Under the pieces are notes generated by a model that worked only from the letters and a program-made list of their open reading frames with translations, was not told the DNA's origin and ran no database searches. Shown here piece after piece: positions 28,801 through 42,700 of a DNA stretch of 64,000 nucleotides; position 1 is the stretch's first letter; every line of letters starts with the position of its first letter. Location of the stretch: NCBI RefSeq assembly GCF_030028105.1, contig NC_092374.1, positions 90,672,491-90,736,490 on the forward strand, given 5' to 3'. This DNA is from Mobula birostris (taxonomy: Eukaryota). A program made the translations under genes and the position numbers.

Positions 28801-31800
28801 ACCAGACCGTCTCTCCAACCCCCAAGTCCGGCGACCAGACCATCTCTCCGACGCCCAGTCCGTCGACCAGACCGTCTCTCCAACGCCCAGTCCGTCTACC
28901 TGACCGTTTCTCCAATGCCCCGTCTATCTGACTGTCTCTTCAACCCCCAGTCCGTCTACCAGGCAGTCTATCCAATGCCCAGTACGTCTACCAGACCGTC
29001 TCTCCAACGCCCCAGTACGTCTACCAGACCGTCTCTCCAACGCCCAGTCCGTCTACCAGACGGTCTCTCCAACGGCCAGTCCGTCTACCAGACGGTCTCT
29101 CCAACGGCCAGTCCGTCTACCAGACTGTCTCTCCAACCCCCCAGTCCGTCTACCAGACTATCTCTGCAACCCCCCAGTCCGTCTATCTGACCGTCCCTCC
29201 AACGCCCAGTCTACCTGAACGTCTCTCCAATGCCCAGTCTATCTGAACGTCTCTCCAACGCCCAGTCTATCTGAACATCTCTCCAACACCCAGTCCATCC
29301 ACCCGACCGTCTCTCCGACTCCCCAGTCTGTCTCTCTGACCCCCTAACCCGTCTATCTGACCGTCCCTCCAACGCCCAGTCTATCTGACCGACTCTCCAA
29401 CCCCCAGTCTATCTGGCCATCTCTCCAACCCCCATGTCTATCTGGCCATCTCTCCAACCCCCCAATCCGTCTTCCAGACTGTCTCTCCAACGCCCAGTCC
29501 GTCCACCTGACTGTCTCTCCGACCCCCAGTCCGTCAACCAGACCGTCTCTCCAACGGCCAGTCCGCCTCTCCAACGCCCAGTCCGTCTACCAGAACGTCT
29601 CTCCAACGCCCAGTCCGTCTAACAGACCGTCTCTCCATTGCTCCAGTCCGTCTACAAGACCGTCCCTCCAATGCCCAGTCGTCTACCTGACTGTCTCGCC
29701 AATGCCCAGTCCGTCTACCTGACTGTTTCTCCAATGCCCCGTCTATCTGACTGTTTCTCCAATGCCCCGGCTATCTGACTGTCTCTCTAACCCCCAATCC
29801 ATCTACCAGACAGTCTATCCAATGCCCAGTCCATCTACCAGACTGTCTCTCCAATGCCAATTCCGTCTACCTGACTGTCTCTATAACACCCAGTCTGTCT
29901 ACCAGACCATCTCTCCAACGCCCAGTCCGTCTACCTGACCGTCTCTCCAACGCGCAGTCTGTCTGCCTGACCGTCTCGCCAATGCCCAGTCTATCTGACT
30001 GTCTCTCCAACCCCCAGCATATCTGACCGTCTCTCCAACAGCCAGTCCGTTTACCAGACCGTCTCTCCAACGCCTAGTCCGTCTACCAGACCGTCTCTCC
30101 ATTGCTCAAGTCCGTCTACCAGACAGTCCCTCCAATGCCCAGTCCGTCTACCTGACTGTTTCTCCAATGCCCCGTCTATCTGACTGTCTCTTCAACCCCC
30201 AGTCCGTCTACCAGGCAGTCTATCCAATTCCCCGTCCGTCTACCAGACCGTCTCTCCAACGCCCCAGTACGTCTACCAGACCGTCTCTCCAACGCCCAGT
30301 CTGTCTACCAGGCAGTCTCTCCAACGGCCAGTCCGTCTACCAGACGGTCTCTCCAACGGCCAGTCCGTCTACCAGACGGTCTCTCCAACGCCCAATCCGT
30401 CTACCAGACTGTCTCTCCAATCCCCCAGTCCGTCTATCTGACCGTCCCTCCAACGCCCAGTCTATCTGAACGTCTCTCCAACGCCCAGTCTATCTGAATG
30501 TCTCTCCAACGCCCAGTCTATCTGAACATCTCTCCAACGCCCAGTCTATCCACCCGACCGTCTCTCCGACTCTCCAGTCCATTTACCAGTCCGTCTCTCT
30601 GACCCCCTAACCCGTCTATCTGACTGTCCCTCCAACGCCCAGTCTATCTGACCGACTCTCCAACCCCCAGTCTATCTGGCCATCTCTCCAACCCCCATGT
30701 CTATCTGGCCATCTCTCCAACCCCCCAATCCGTCTTCCAGACTGTCTCTCCAACGCCCAGTCCGTCCACCTGACTGTCTCTCCGACCCCCAGTCCGTCAA
30801 CCAGACTGTCTCTCCAACGGCCAGTCCGCCTCTCCAACGCCCAGTCCGTCTACCAGAACGTCTCTCCAATGCCCAGTCTGTCTAACAGACCGTCTCTCCA
30901 TTGCTCCAGTCCGTCTACAAGACCGTCCCTCCAATGCCCAGTTGTCTACCTGACTGTCTCGCCAATGCCCAGTCCGTCTACCTGACTGTTTCTCCAATGC
31001 CCCGTCTATCTGACTGTATCTCCAATGCCCCGGCTATCTGACTGTCACTCTAACCCCCAGTCCGTGTACCAGACAGTCTATCCAATGCCCAGTCCATCTA
31101 CCAGACTGTCTCTCCAAACCCCAAGTCCGTCTATCTGACCGTCCCTCCAACCCCCAGTCTATCTGACCATCTCTCCAACCCCCAGTCTATCTGGCCATCA
31201 CTCCAACCCCCCAATCCGTCTTCCAGACTGTCTCTCCAACGCCCAGTCCGTCCACCTGACCATCTCTCCGACCCCCATTCCATCAACCAGAGCGTCTCTC
31301 CAACCCACCAGTCCATCTAACAGACCTAATCTCCGAGCCCCCAGTCTGTCTGCTAGACCGTCTCTCCAACCGCCCAGTATGTCTATCTGACCGTCTCTCC
31401 AATGCCGAGTCCGTCTACCAGACCGTCTCTCCAACGCCCAGTCCGTCTACCAGACCGTTTCTCCAATGCCCAGTCCGTCCACCAGACCGTTTCTCCAACG
31501 CCCAGTCCGTCTACCAGACCATCTCTCCAACGCCCAGTTCGTCTACCAGACCATCTCTCCAACGCCAATTCCGTCTACCTGACCGTCTCTACAATGCGCA
31601 GTCCGTCTGCCTGACCGTCCCTCCAACGCCCAGTCTATCTGACGGTCTCTCCAAAGACCCGTCTATCTGACTGTCTTTCCAACCCGCAGTCCGTCTACCA
31701 GACTGTTTCTCCAAACCTCAGTCCGTCTACCAGATCTTCTCTCCAATGCCCAGTCTGTCTAGCAGACCGTCTCTCCAACACTCAGTCCATCTACCAGACC

Positions 31801-33700
31801 GTCTCTCCAACGCCAATTCCGTCTACCTGACCGTCTCTACAATGCGCAGTCCGTCTGCCTGACCGTCCCTCCAACGCCCAGTCTATCTGCCTGACTCTCC
31901 AACCCCCAGTCTATCTGGCCATCTCTCCAAACCCCAATCCATCTTCCAGACTGTCTCTCCAACGCCCAGTCCTTCCACCTCACCGTCTCTCCGACCCCCA
32001 GTCCGTCTTCCAGACCGTCTCTCCAACCCGCCAGTCCATCTGACAGACCTACTCTCCGAACCCCCAGTCCTCTTCTAGACCGTCTCTCCAACCGCCCATT
32101 CTGTCTATTTGACCGTCTCTCCAATACCGAGTCCGTCTACCAGACCGTCTCTCCAACACCCAGTCCGTCTACCAGACCGTCTCTCCAACACCCAGTCCGT
32201 CTACTAGACCGTCTCTCCATCGCCCAGTCCGTCTACCAGACTGTCTCTCCAACTCCCACTCTATCTGACGGTCTCTCCAACGCCCACTCTATCTGACGGT
32301 CTCTCCAAAGATCCGTCTATCTGACTGTCTTTCCAACCCGCAGTCCGTCTACCAGACTGTTTGTCCAAACCACAGTCTGTCTACCAGATCGTCTCTCCAA
32401 CACCCAGTCCGTCTACCAGACCGTCTCTCCAACACCCAGTCCGTCAACCTGACCGTCTCTCCAACGCACAGTCTGTCTACCAGACGGTCTCTCCAACGGC
32501 CAGTCCGTCTATCTGACCGTCCCTCCAACGCCCAGTCTATCTGAACGTCTCTCCAACGCCCAGTCTATCTGAACGTCTCTCCAACGTCCAGTCTATCTGA
32601 ACGTCTCTCAACGCCCAGTCCATCCACCCGACCGTCTCTCCGACTCCCCAGTCCGTCTACCAGTCCGTCTCTCTGACCCCCAGCCCGTCTATCTGACCGT
32701 CCCTCCAACGCCCAGTCTATCTGACCAACTCTCCAACCCCAAGTCTATCTGGCTATCTCTCCAACCCCCATGTCTATCTGGCCATCTCTCCAACCCCCAT
32801 GTCTATCTGGCCATCTCTCGAAGCCCCCCAATCCGTCTTCCAGACTGTCTCTCCAACGCCCAGTCCGTCCACCTGACCGTCTCTCCAACCCTCAGTCCGT
32901 CAACCAGACCATCTCTCCGACGGCCAGTCCGCCTCTCCAACGCCCAGTCCGTCTATCAGAACGTCTCTCCAACGCCCAGTCCGTCTAACAGACCGTCTCT
33001 CCATTGCTCCAGTCCGTCTACCAGACCGTCCCTCCAATGCCCAGTCCGTATGCCAGACCGTCTGTCCAACCCCCCAGTCCATCGACCAGACCATCTCTCC
33101 GACGCCCAGTCCATCTACCAGACTGTTTCTCCAATGCCCCGTCTATCTGACTGTTTCTCCAATGCCCCGGCTATCTGACTGTCTCTCTAACCCCCAGTCC
33201 ATCTACCAGACAGTCTATCCAATGCCCAGTCCATCTACCAGACTGTCTCTCCAACCCCCAAGTCCATCTATCTGACCGTCCCTCCAACGCCCAGTCTATC
33301 TGACCGTCTCTCCAACGCACAGTCCATCCACCTGACCATCTCTCCGACTCCGCAGTCCATCTACCAGTCCATCTGTCCGACCCCCCAGCCCGTCTGACCG
33401 TCCCTCCAACGCCCAGTCTATCTGACCGACTCTCCAACCCCCAGTCAATCTGGCCATCTCTCCAACCCCCATGTCTATCTGGCCATCTCTCCAACCCCCC
33501 AATCCATCTTCCAGACTGTCTCTCCAATGCCCAGTCCGTCCACCTGACCGTCTCTCCGACCCCCAGTCCGTCAACCAGACCGTCTCTCCAACCCGCCAGT
33601 CCGTCTAACAGACCTACTCTCCGAGCCCCCATTTCGTCTACTAGACCGTCTCTCCAACCGCCCAGTCCATCTATCTGACCGTCTTTCCAATGCCGAGTCC
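19851..33700. repeat. Satellite HOR domain B (offsets 1,976, 3,564, 5,513, 1,263 and 315 bp)
   Basis: Private markers CCATTGCTCAAGTCC, CCAAGTCCGGCGACCAGACC, GACCCCCTAACCCGTC and CAGACAGTCTATCCAATG. Offsets are read from repeated ORF-track peptides (e.g. 24199/26175, 21771/25335, 22188/27701, 29353/30616, 23207/23522). Boundaries approximate. Confidence 0.75.
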
Positions 33701-36700
33701 GTCTACCAGACCGTCTCTGCAATGCCCAGTCCATCTAACAGACCGTCTCTGCAACGCCCAGTCCATCGACCAGACCGTCTCTGCAACGCCCAGTCCGTCT
33801 ACCAGACTGTCTCTCCAACGCCCAGTCCATCTACCAGACTGTCTCGCCAACGCCCAGTCTATCTGACGGTCTCTCCAAAGACCCGTCTATCTGACTGTCT
33901 TTCCAACACGCAGTCCTTCTACCAGACTGTTTCTCCAAACCTCAGTCCGTCTACCAGACCGTCTCTCCAACGCCAATTCCATCTACCTGACCGTCTCTCC
34001 AATGCGCAGTCCTTCTACCAGACTGTTTCTCCAAACCTCAGTCCGTCTACCAGATTGTCTCTCCAAAGCCCAGTCTGTCTACCAGACCGTCTCTCCAACA
34101 CCCAGTCTGTCTACCAGACCGTCTCTCCAACACCCAGTACGTCTACCAGACTGTCTCTCCAAAGCCCCATCTATCTGACTGTCTGTCCAACACCTAGCCT
34201 ATCTGACTGCCTCTCCAAGGCCTAGTCTGTCTATCTGACTGTCCCTCCAATGCCCTGTCTATCTGACCGTCTCTCGAACGCCCAGTCTATCTGAATGACT
34301 CTCCAACCCCCAGTCTATCTGGCCATCTCTCCAACCCCCCAATCCGTCTTCCAGACTGTCTCTCCGAACCCCAGTTCGTCTACCAGACCGTCTCTCCAAC
34401 CACCCAGTCTGTCTATCTGACTGTCTCTCCAATGCCGAGTCCGTCTACCAGACCGTCTCTGCAACGCCCAGTCCGTCTACCAGACTGTCTCTCCAACGCG
34501 CAGTCCATCTACCAGACCGTCTCTCCAACGCCCAGTCCGTCTACCAGACCGTCTCTCCAACGTCCAGTCTATCAGACGGTCTCTCCAAAGACCCGTCTAT
34601 CTGACTGTCTTTCCAACCCGCAGTCCGTCTACCAGACTGTTTCTCCAAACCTCAGTCCGTCTACCAGACCGTCTCTCCAACGCCAATTCCATCTACCTGA
34701 CCGTCTCTCCAACGCGCAGTCCATCTGCCTGACCATCTCTCCAACGCCCAGTCCGTCTACCAGACCGTCTCTCCAACGTCCAGTCTATCAGACGGTCTCT
34801 CCAAAGACCCGTCTATCTGACTGTCTTTCCAACCCGCAGTCCGTCTACCAGACGGTCTCTCCAATGCCCCAGTCCGTCTATCTGACTGTCCCTCCAACGC
34901 CCAGTCTATCTGACTGTCTTTCCAACCCGCAGTCCGTCTACCAGACGGTCTCTCCAATGCCCCAGTCCGTCTATCTGACTGTCCCTCCAACGCCCAGTCT
35001 ATCTCAACGTCTCTCCAACCCCCAGTCTATCTGGCCAGCTCTCCAACCTCCAGTCTATCTGGCCATCTCTCCAAACCCCCAATCCGACTACCATACTGTC
35101 TCTCCAACGCCCAGTCCATCCACCTGACCGTCTTTCTGACCCCACAGTCCGTCTACCAGACCGTCTCTCCAACCGCCCAGTCTGTATATCTGTCCGTCAC
35201 TCCAACGCCGAGTCCATCTACCAGACCGTCTTTCCAACTCCGAGTCTGTCTACCAGACCGTCTCTGCAACGCCCAGTCCGTCTCCCAGACCATCTCTGCA
35301 ACGCCCAGTCCATCTACCAGACCGTCTCTCCAAAGCCCCATCTATCTGACTGTCTGTCCAACGCCTAGCCTATCTGACTGCCTCTCCAAGGCCTAGTCCA
35401 TCTATCTGACCGTCCCTCCAACGCCCTGTCTATCTGACCGTCTCTCCAACGCCCAGTCTATCTGAATGACTCTCCAACCCCCAGTCTATCTGGCCATCTC
35501 TCCAACCCCCGAATCCGTCTTCCAGACTGTCTCTCCGACCCCCAGTTCGTCTACCAGACCGTCACTCCAACCGCCCAGTCTGTCTATCTGACCGTCTCTC
35601 CAATGCCGAGTCTGTCTACCAGACCGTCTCTGCAACGCCCAGTCCGTCTACCAGACTGTCTCTCCAACGCCCAGTCTATCTGACGGTCTCTCCAAAGACC
35701 CGTCTATCTGACTGTCTTTCCAACCCGCAGTCCTTCTACCAGACTGTTTCTCCAAACCTCAGTCCGTCTACCAGATTGTCTCTCCAAAGCCCAGTCTGTC
35801 TACCAGACCGTCTCTCCAACACCCAGTCTGTCTACCAGACCGTCTCTCCAACGCCAATTCCATCTACCTGACCGTCTCTCCAACGCGCAGTCCATCTGCC
35901 TGACCATCTCTCCAACGCCCAGTCCGTCTATCAGACCGTCTCTCCAACGTCCAGTCTATCAGACGGTCTCTCCAAAGACCCGTCTATCTGACTGTCTTTC
36001 CAACCCGCAGTCCGTCTACCAGACGGTCTCTCCAATGCCCCAGTCCGTCTATCTGACTGTCCCTCCAACGCCCAGTCTATCTCAACGTCTCTCCAACCCC
36101 CAGTCTATCTGGCCAGCTCTCCAACCTCCAGTCTATCTGGCCATCTCTCCAAACCCCCAATCCGACTACCATACTGTCTCTCCAACGCCCAGTCCATCCA
36201 CCTGACCGTCTTTCTGACCCCACAGTCCGTCTACCAGACCGTCTCTCCAACCGCCCAGTCTGTATATCTGTCCGTCACTCCAACGCCGAGTCCATCTACC
36301 AGACCGTCTTTCCAACGCCGAGTCTGTCTACCAGACCGTCTCTGCAACGCCCAGTCCGTCTCCCAGACCGTCTCTGCAACGCCCAGTCCATCTACCAGAC
36401 CGTCTCTCCAAAGCCCCATCTATCTGACTGTCTGTCCAACGCCTAGCCTATCTGACTGCCTCTCCAAGGCCTAGTCCGTCTATCTGACCGTCCCTCCAAC
36501 GCCCTGTCTATCTGACCGTCTCTCCAACGCCCAGTCTATCTGAATGACTCTCCAACCCCCAGTCTATCTGGCCATCTCTCCAACCCCCCAATCCGTCTTC
36601 CAGACTGTCTCTCCGACCCCCAGTTCGTCTACCAGACCGTCACTCCAACCGCCCAGTCTGTCTATCTGACCGTCTCTCCAATGCCGAGTCCGTCTACCAG

Positions 36701-39700
36701 ACCGTCTCTGCAACGCCCAGTCCGTCTACCAGACTGTCTCTCCAACGCCCAGTCTATCTGACGGTCTCTCCAAAGACCCGTCTATCTGACTGTCTTTCCA
36801 ACCCGCAGTCCTTCTACCAGACTGTTTCTCCAAACCTCAGTCCGTCTACCAGATTGTCTCTCCAAAGCCCAGTCTGTCTACCAGACCGTCTCTCCAACAC
36901 CCAGTCTGTCTACCAGACCGTCTCTCCAACACCCAGTCTGTCTACCAGACCGTCTCTGCAACGCCAATTCCGTCTACCTGACCGTCTCTACAACGCGTGG
37001 TCCGTCTGCCTGAACGTCCCTCCAACGCCCAGTCTATCTGAATGACTCTCCAACCCCCAGTCTATCTGGCCATCTCTCCAACCCCCCAATACGTCTTCCA
37101 GACTGTCTCTCCGAACCCCAGTTCGTCTACCAGACCGTCTCTCCAACCACCCAGTCTGTCTATCTGACTGTCTCTCCAATGCCGAGTCCGTCTACCAGAC
37201 CGTCTCTGCAACGCCCAGTACGTCTACCAGACCGTCTCTCCAACGTCCAGTCTATCAGACGGTCTCTCCAAAGACCCGTCTATCTGACTGTCTTTCCAAC
37301 CCGCAGTCCGTCTACCAGACTGTTTCTCCAAACCTCAGTCCGTCTACCAGACCGTCTCTCCAACGCCAATTCCATCTACCTGACCGTCTCTCCAACGCGC
37401 AGTCCATCTGCCTGACCATCTCTCCAACGCCCAGTCCGTCTACCAGACCGTCTCTCCAACGTCCAGTCTATCAGACGGTCTCTCCAAAGACCCGTCTATC
37501 TGACTGTCTTTCCAACCCGCAGTCCGTCTACCAGACGGTCTCACCAATGCCCCAGTCCGTCTATCTGACTGTCCCTCCAACGCCCAGTCTATCTCAACGT
37601 CTCTCCAACCCCCAGTCTATCTGGCCAGCTTTCCAACCTCCAGTCTATCTGGCCATCTCTCCAAACCCCCAATCCGACTACCATACTGTCTCTCCAACGC
37701 CCAGTCCATCCACCTGACCGTCTTTCTGACCCCACAGTCCATCTACCAGACCGTCTCTCCAAAGCCCCATCTATCTGACTGTCTGTCCAACGCCTAGCCT
37801 ATCTGACTGCCTCTCCAAGGCCTAGTCCGTCTATCTGACCGTCCCTCCAACGCCCTGTCTATCTGACCGTCTCTCCAACGCCCACTCTATCTGAATGACT
37901 CTCCAACCCCCAGTCTATCTGGCCATCTCTCCAACCCTCCAATCCGTCTTCCAGACTGTCTCTCCGACCCCCAGTTCGTCTACCAGACCGTCACTCCAAA
38001 CGCCCAGTCTGTCTATCTGACCGTCTCTCCAATGCCGAGTCCGTCTACCAGACCGTCTCTCCAACGCGCAGTCCGTCTTCCAGACCGTCTCTCCAACGCG
38101 CAGTCCATCTACCAGACCGTCTCTCCAACGCCCAGTCCGTCTACCAGACCGTCTCTCCAACGCCTAGTCTATCTGACGGTCTCTCCAAAGACCCGTCTAT
38201 CTGACTGTCTTTCCAACCCGCAGTCCGTCTACCAGACTGTTTCTCCAAACCTCAGTCCGTCTACCAGACCGTCTCTCCAACGCCAATTCCATCTACCTGA
38301 CCGTCTCTCCAACGCGCAGTCCATCTGCCTGACCATCTCTCCAATGCCCAGTCTATCTGAATGTCTCTCCAACCCCCAGCCTATCTGACCGTCTCTCCAA
38401 CAGCCAGTCCGTCTACCAGACCGTCTCTCCAACGCCCAGTCCATCTACCAGACTGTCTCTCCAACGCCCAGTCCGTCTACCAGACGGTCTCTCCAATGCC
38501 CCAGTCCGTCTATCTGACTGTCCCTCCAACGCCCAGTCTATCTCAACGTCTCTCCAACCCCCAGTCTATCTGGCCATCTCTCCAAACCCCCAATCCGACT
38601 ACCATACTGTCTCTCCAACGCCCAGTCCATCCACCTGACCGTCTTTCTGACCCCACAGTCCGTCTACCAGACTGTCTCTCCAACCGCCCAGTCTGTCTAC
38701 CAGACCGTCTTTCCAACGCCGAGTCTGTCTACCAGACCGTCTCTGCAACGCCCAGTCCATCTACCAGACCGTCTCTCCAAAGCCCCATCTATCTGACTGT
38801 CTGTCCAACGCCTAGCCTATCTGACTGCCTCTCCAAGGCCCAGTCCGTCTATCTGACCGTCCCTCCAACGCCCTGTCTATCTGACCGTCTCTCCAACGCC
38901 CTGTCTATCTGACCGTCTCTCCAACGCCCAGTACGTCTACCAGACTGTCTCTCCGAGCCCCCAGTCTGTCTACTAGACAGTCTCTCCAACCGTCCAGTCT
39001 GTCTATCTGACTGTCTCTCCAATGCCAAGTCCGTCTACCAGACCATCTCTGCAACGCCCAGTCCGTCTACCAGACTGTCTCTCCAACGCCCAGTCTATCT
39101 GACGGTCTCTCCAAAGACCCGTCTATCTGACTGTCTTTCCAACCCGCAGTCCGTCTACCAGACGGTCTCTCCAATGCCCCAGTCCGTCTATCTGACTGTC
39201 CCTCCAACGCCCAGTCTATCTCAACGTCTCTCCAACCCCCAGTCTATCTGGCCAGCTCTCCAACCTCCAGTCTATCTGGCCATCTCTCCAAACCCCCAAT
39301 CCGACTACCATACTGTCTCTCCAACGCCCAGTCCATCCACCTGACCGTCTTTCTGACCCCACAGACCGTCTACCAGACTGTCTCTCCAAAGCCCCATCTA
39401 TCTGACTGTCTGTCCAACGCCTGGCCTATCTGACTGCCTCTCCAAGGCCTAGTCCGTCTATCTGACCGTCCCTCCAACGCCCTGTCTATCTGACCGTCTC
39501 TCCAACGCCCACTCTATCTGAATGACTCTCCAACCCCCAGTCTATCTGGCCATCTCTCCAACCCTCCAATCCGTCTTCCAGACTGTCTCTCCGACCCCCA
39601 GTTCGTCTACCAGACCGTCACTCCAAACGCCCAGTCTGTCTATCTGACCGTCTCTCCAATGCCGAGTCCGTCTACCAGACCGTCTCTGCAACGCCCAGTC

Positions 39701-42700
39701 CGTCTACCAGACCGTCTCTCCAACGCGCAGTCCGTCTTCCAGACCGTCTCTCCAACGCGCAGTCCATCTACCAGACCGTCTCTCCAACGCCCAGTCCGTC
39801 TACCAGACCGTCTCTCCAACGCCTAGTCTATCTGACGGTCTCTCCAAAGACCCGTCTATCTGACTGTCTTTCCAACCCGCAGTCCGTCTACCAGACTGTT
39901 TCTCCAAACCTCAGTCCGTCTACCAGACCGTCTCTCCAACGCCAATTCCATCTACCTGACCGTCTCTCCAACGCGCAGTCCGTCTACCAGACGGTCTCTC
40001 CAATGCCCCAGTCCGTCTATCTGACTGTCCCTCCAACGCCCAGTCTATCTCAACGTCTCTCCAACCCCCAGTCTATCTGGCCATCTCTCCAAACCCCCAA
40101 TCCGACTACCATACTGTCTCTCCAACGCCCAGTCCATCCACCTGACCGTCTTTCTGACCCCACAGTCCGTCTACCAGACTGTCTCTCCAACCGCCCAGTC
40201 TGTCTACCAGACCGTCTTTCCAACGCCGAGTCTGTCTACCAGACCGTCTCTGCAACGCCCAGTCCATCTACCAGACCGTCTCTCCAAAGCCCCATCTATC
40301 TGACTGTCTGTCCAACGCCTAGCCTATCTGACTGCCTCTCCAAGGCCCAGTCCGTCTATCTGACCGTCCCTCCAACGCCCTGTCTATCTGACCGTCTCTC
40401 CAACGCCCTGTCTATCTGACCGTCTCTCCAACGCCCAGTACGTCTACCAGACTGTCTCTCCGAGCCCCCAGTCTGTCTACTAGACAGTCTCTCCAACCGT
40501 CCAGTCTGTCTATCTGACTGTCTCTCCAATGCCAAGTCCGTCTACCAGACCATCTCTGCAACGCCCAGTCCGTCTACCAGACTGTCTCTCCAACGCCCAG
40601 TCTATCTGACGGTCTCTCCAAAGACCCGTCTATCTGACTGTCTTTCCAACCCGCAGTCCGTCTACCAGACGGTCTCTCCAATGCCCCAGTCCGTCTATCT
40701 GACTGTCCCTCCAACGCCCAGTCTATCTCAACGTCTCTCCAACCCCCAGTCTATCTGGCCAGCTCTCCAACCTCCAGTCTATCTGGCCATCTCTCCAAAC
40801 CCCCAATCCGACTACCATACTGTCTCTCCAACGCCCCATCTATCTGACTGTCTGTCCAACGCCTGGCCTATCTGACTGCCTCTCCAAGGCCTAGTCCGTC
40901 TATCTGACCGTCCCTCCAACGCCCTGTCTATCTGATCGTCTCTCCAACGCCCAGTCTATCTGAATGACTCTCCAACCCCCAGTCTATCTGGCCATCTCTC
41001 CAACCCCCCAATCCGTCTTCCAGACTGTCTCTCCGACCCCCAGTTCGTCTACCAGACCGTCACTCCAACCGCCCAGTCCGTCTACCAGACCGTCTCTGCA
41101 ACGGCCAGTCCGTCTACCAGACCATCTCTCCAACGCGCAGTCCATCTACCAGACCGTCTCTCCAACGCCCAGTCCGTCTACCAGACCGTCTCTCCAACGT
41201 CCAGTCTATCAGACGGTCTCTCCAAAGACCCGTCTATCTGACTGTCTTTCCAACCCGCAGTCCGTCTACCAGACTGTTTCTCCAAACCTCAGTCCGTCTA
41301 CCAGACCGTCTCTCCAACGCCAATTCCATCTACCTGACCGTCTCTCCAATGCCCAGTCTATCTGACTGTCTCTCCAACCCCCAGCCTATCTGACCGTCTC
41401 ACCAACAGCCAGTCCGTCTACCAGACCGTCTCTCCAACGCCCAGTCCGTCTACCAGACTGTCTCGCCAACGCCCAGTCTATCTGACGGTCTCTCCAAAGA
41501 CCCGTCTATCTGACTGTCTTTCCAACCCGCAGTCCGTCTACCAGACGGTCTCTCCAATGCCCCAGTCCGTCTATCTGACTGTCCCTCCAACACCCAGTCT
41601 ATCTCAACGTCTCTCCAACCCCCAGTCTATCTGGCCAGCTCTCCAACCTCCAGTCTATCTGGCCATCTCTCCAAACCCCCAATCCGACTACCATACTGTC
41701 TCTCCAACGCCCAGTCCATCCACCTGACCGTCTTTCTGACCCCACAGTCCGTCTACCAGACTGTCTCTCCAACCGCCCAGTCTGTCTACCAGACCGTCTT
41801 TCCAACGCCGAGTCTGTCTACCAGACCGTCTCTGCAACGCCCAGTCCATCTACCAGACCGTCTCTCCAAAGCCCCATCTATCTGACTGTCTGTCCAACGC
41901 CTAGCCTATCTGACTGCCTCTCCAAGGCCCAGTCCGTCTATCTGACCGTCCCTCCAACGCCCTGTCTATCTGACCGTCTCTCCAACGCCCTGTCTATCTG
42001 ACCGTCTCTCCAACGCCCAGTACGTCTACCAGACTGTCTCTCCGAGCCCCCAGTCCGTCTACTAGACAGTCTCTCCAACCGTCCAGTCTGTCTATCTGAC
42101 TGTCTCTCCAATGCCAAGTCCGTCTACCAGACCATCTCTGCAACGCCCAGTCCGTCTACCAGACTGTCTCTCCAACGCCCAGTCTATCTGACGGTCTCTC
42201 CAAAGACCCGTCTATCTGACTGTCTTTCCAACCCGCAGTCCGTCTACCAGACGGTCTCTCCAATGCCCCAGTCCGTCTATCTGACTGTCCCTCCAACGCC
42301 CAGTCTATCTCAACGTCTCTCCAACCCCCAGTCTATCTGGCCAGCTCTCCAACCTCCAGTCTATCTGGCCATCTCTCCAAACCCCCAATCCGACTACCAT
42401 ACTGTCTCTCCAACGCCCAGTCCATCCACCTGACCGTCTTTCTGACCCCACAGACCGTCTACCAGACTGTCTCTCCAAAGCCCCATCTATCTGACTGTCT
42501 GTCCAACGCCTGGCCTATCTGACTGCCTCTCCAAGGCCTAGTCCGTCTATCTGACCGTCCCTCCAACGCCCTGTCTATCTGATCGTCTCTCCAACGCCCA
42601 GTCTATCTGAATGACTCTCCAACCCCCAGTCTATCTGGCCATCTCTCCAACCCCCCAATCCGTCTTCCAGACTGTCTCTCCGACCCCCAGTTCGTCTACC

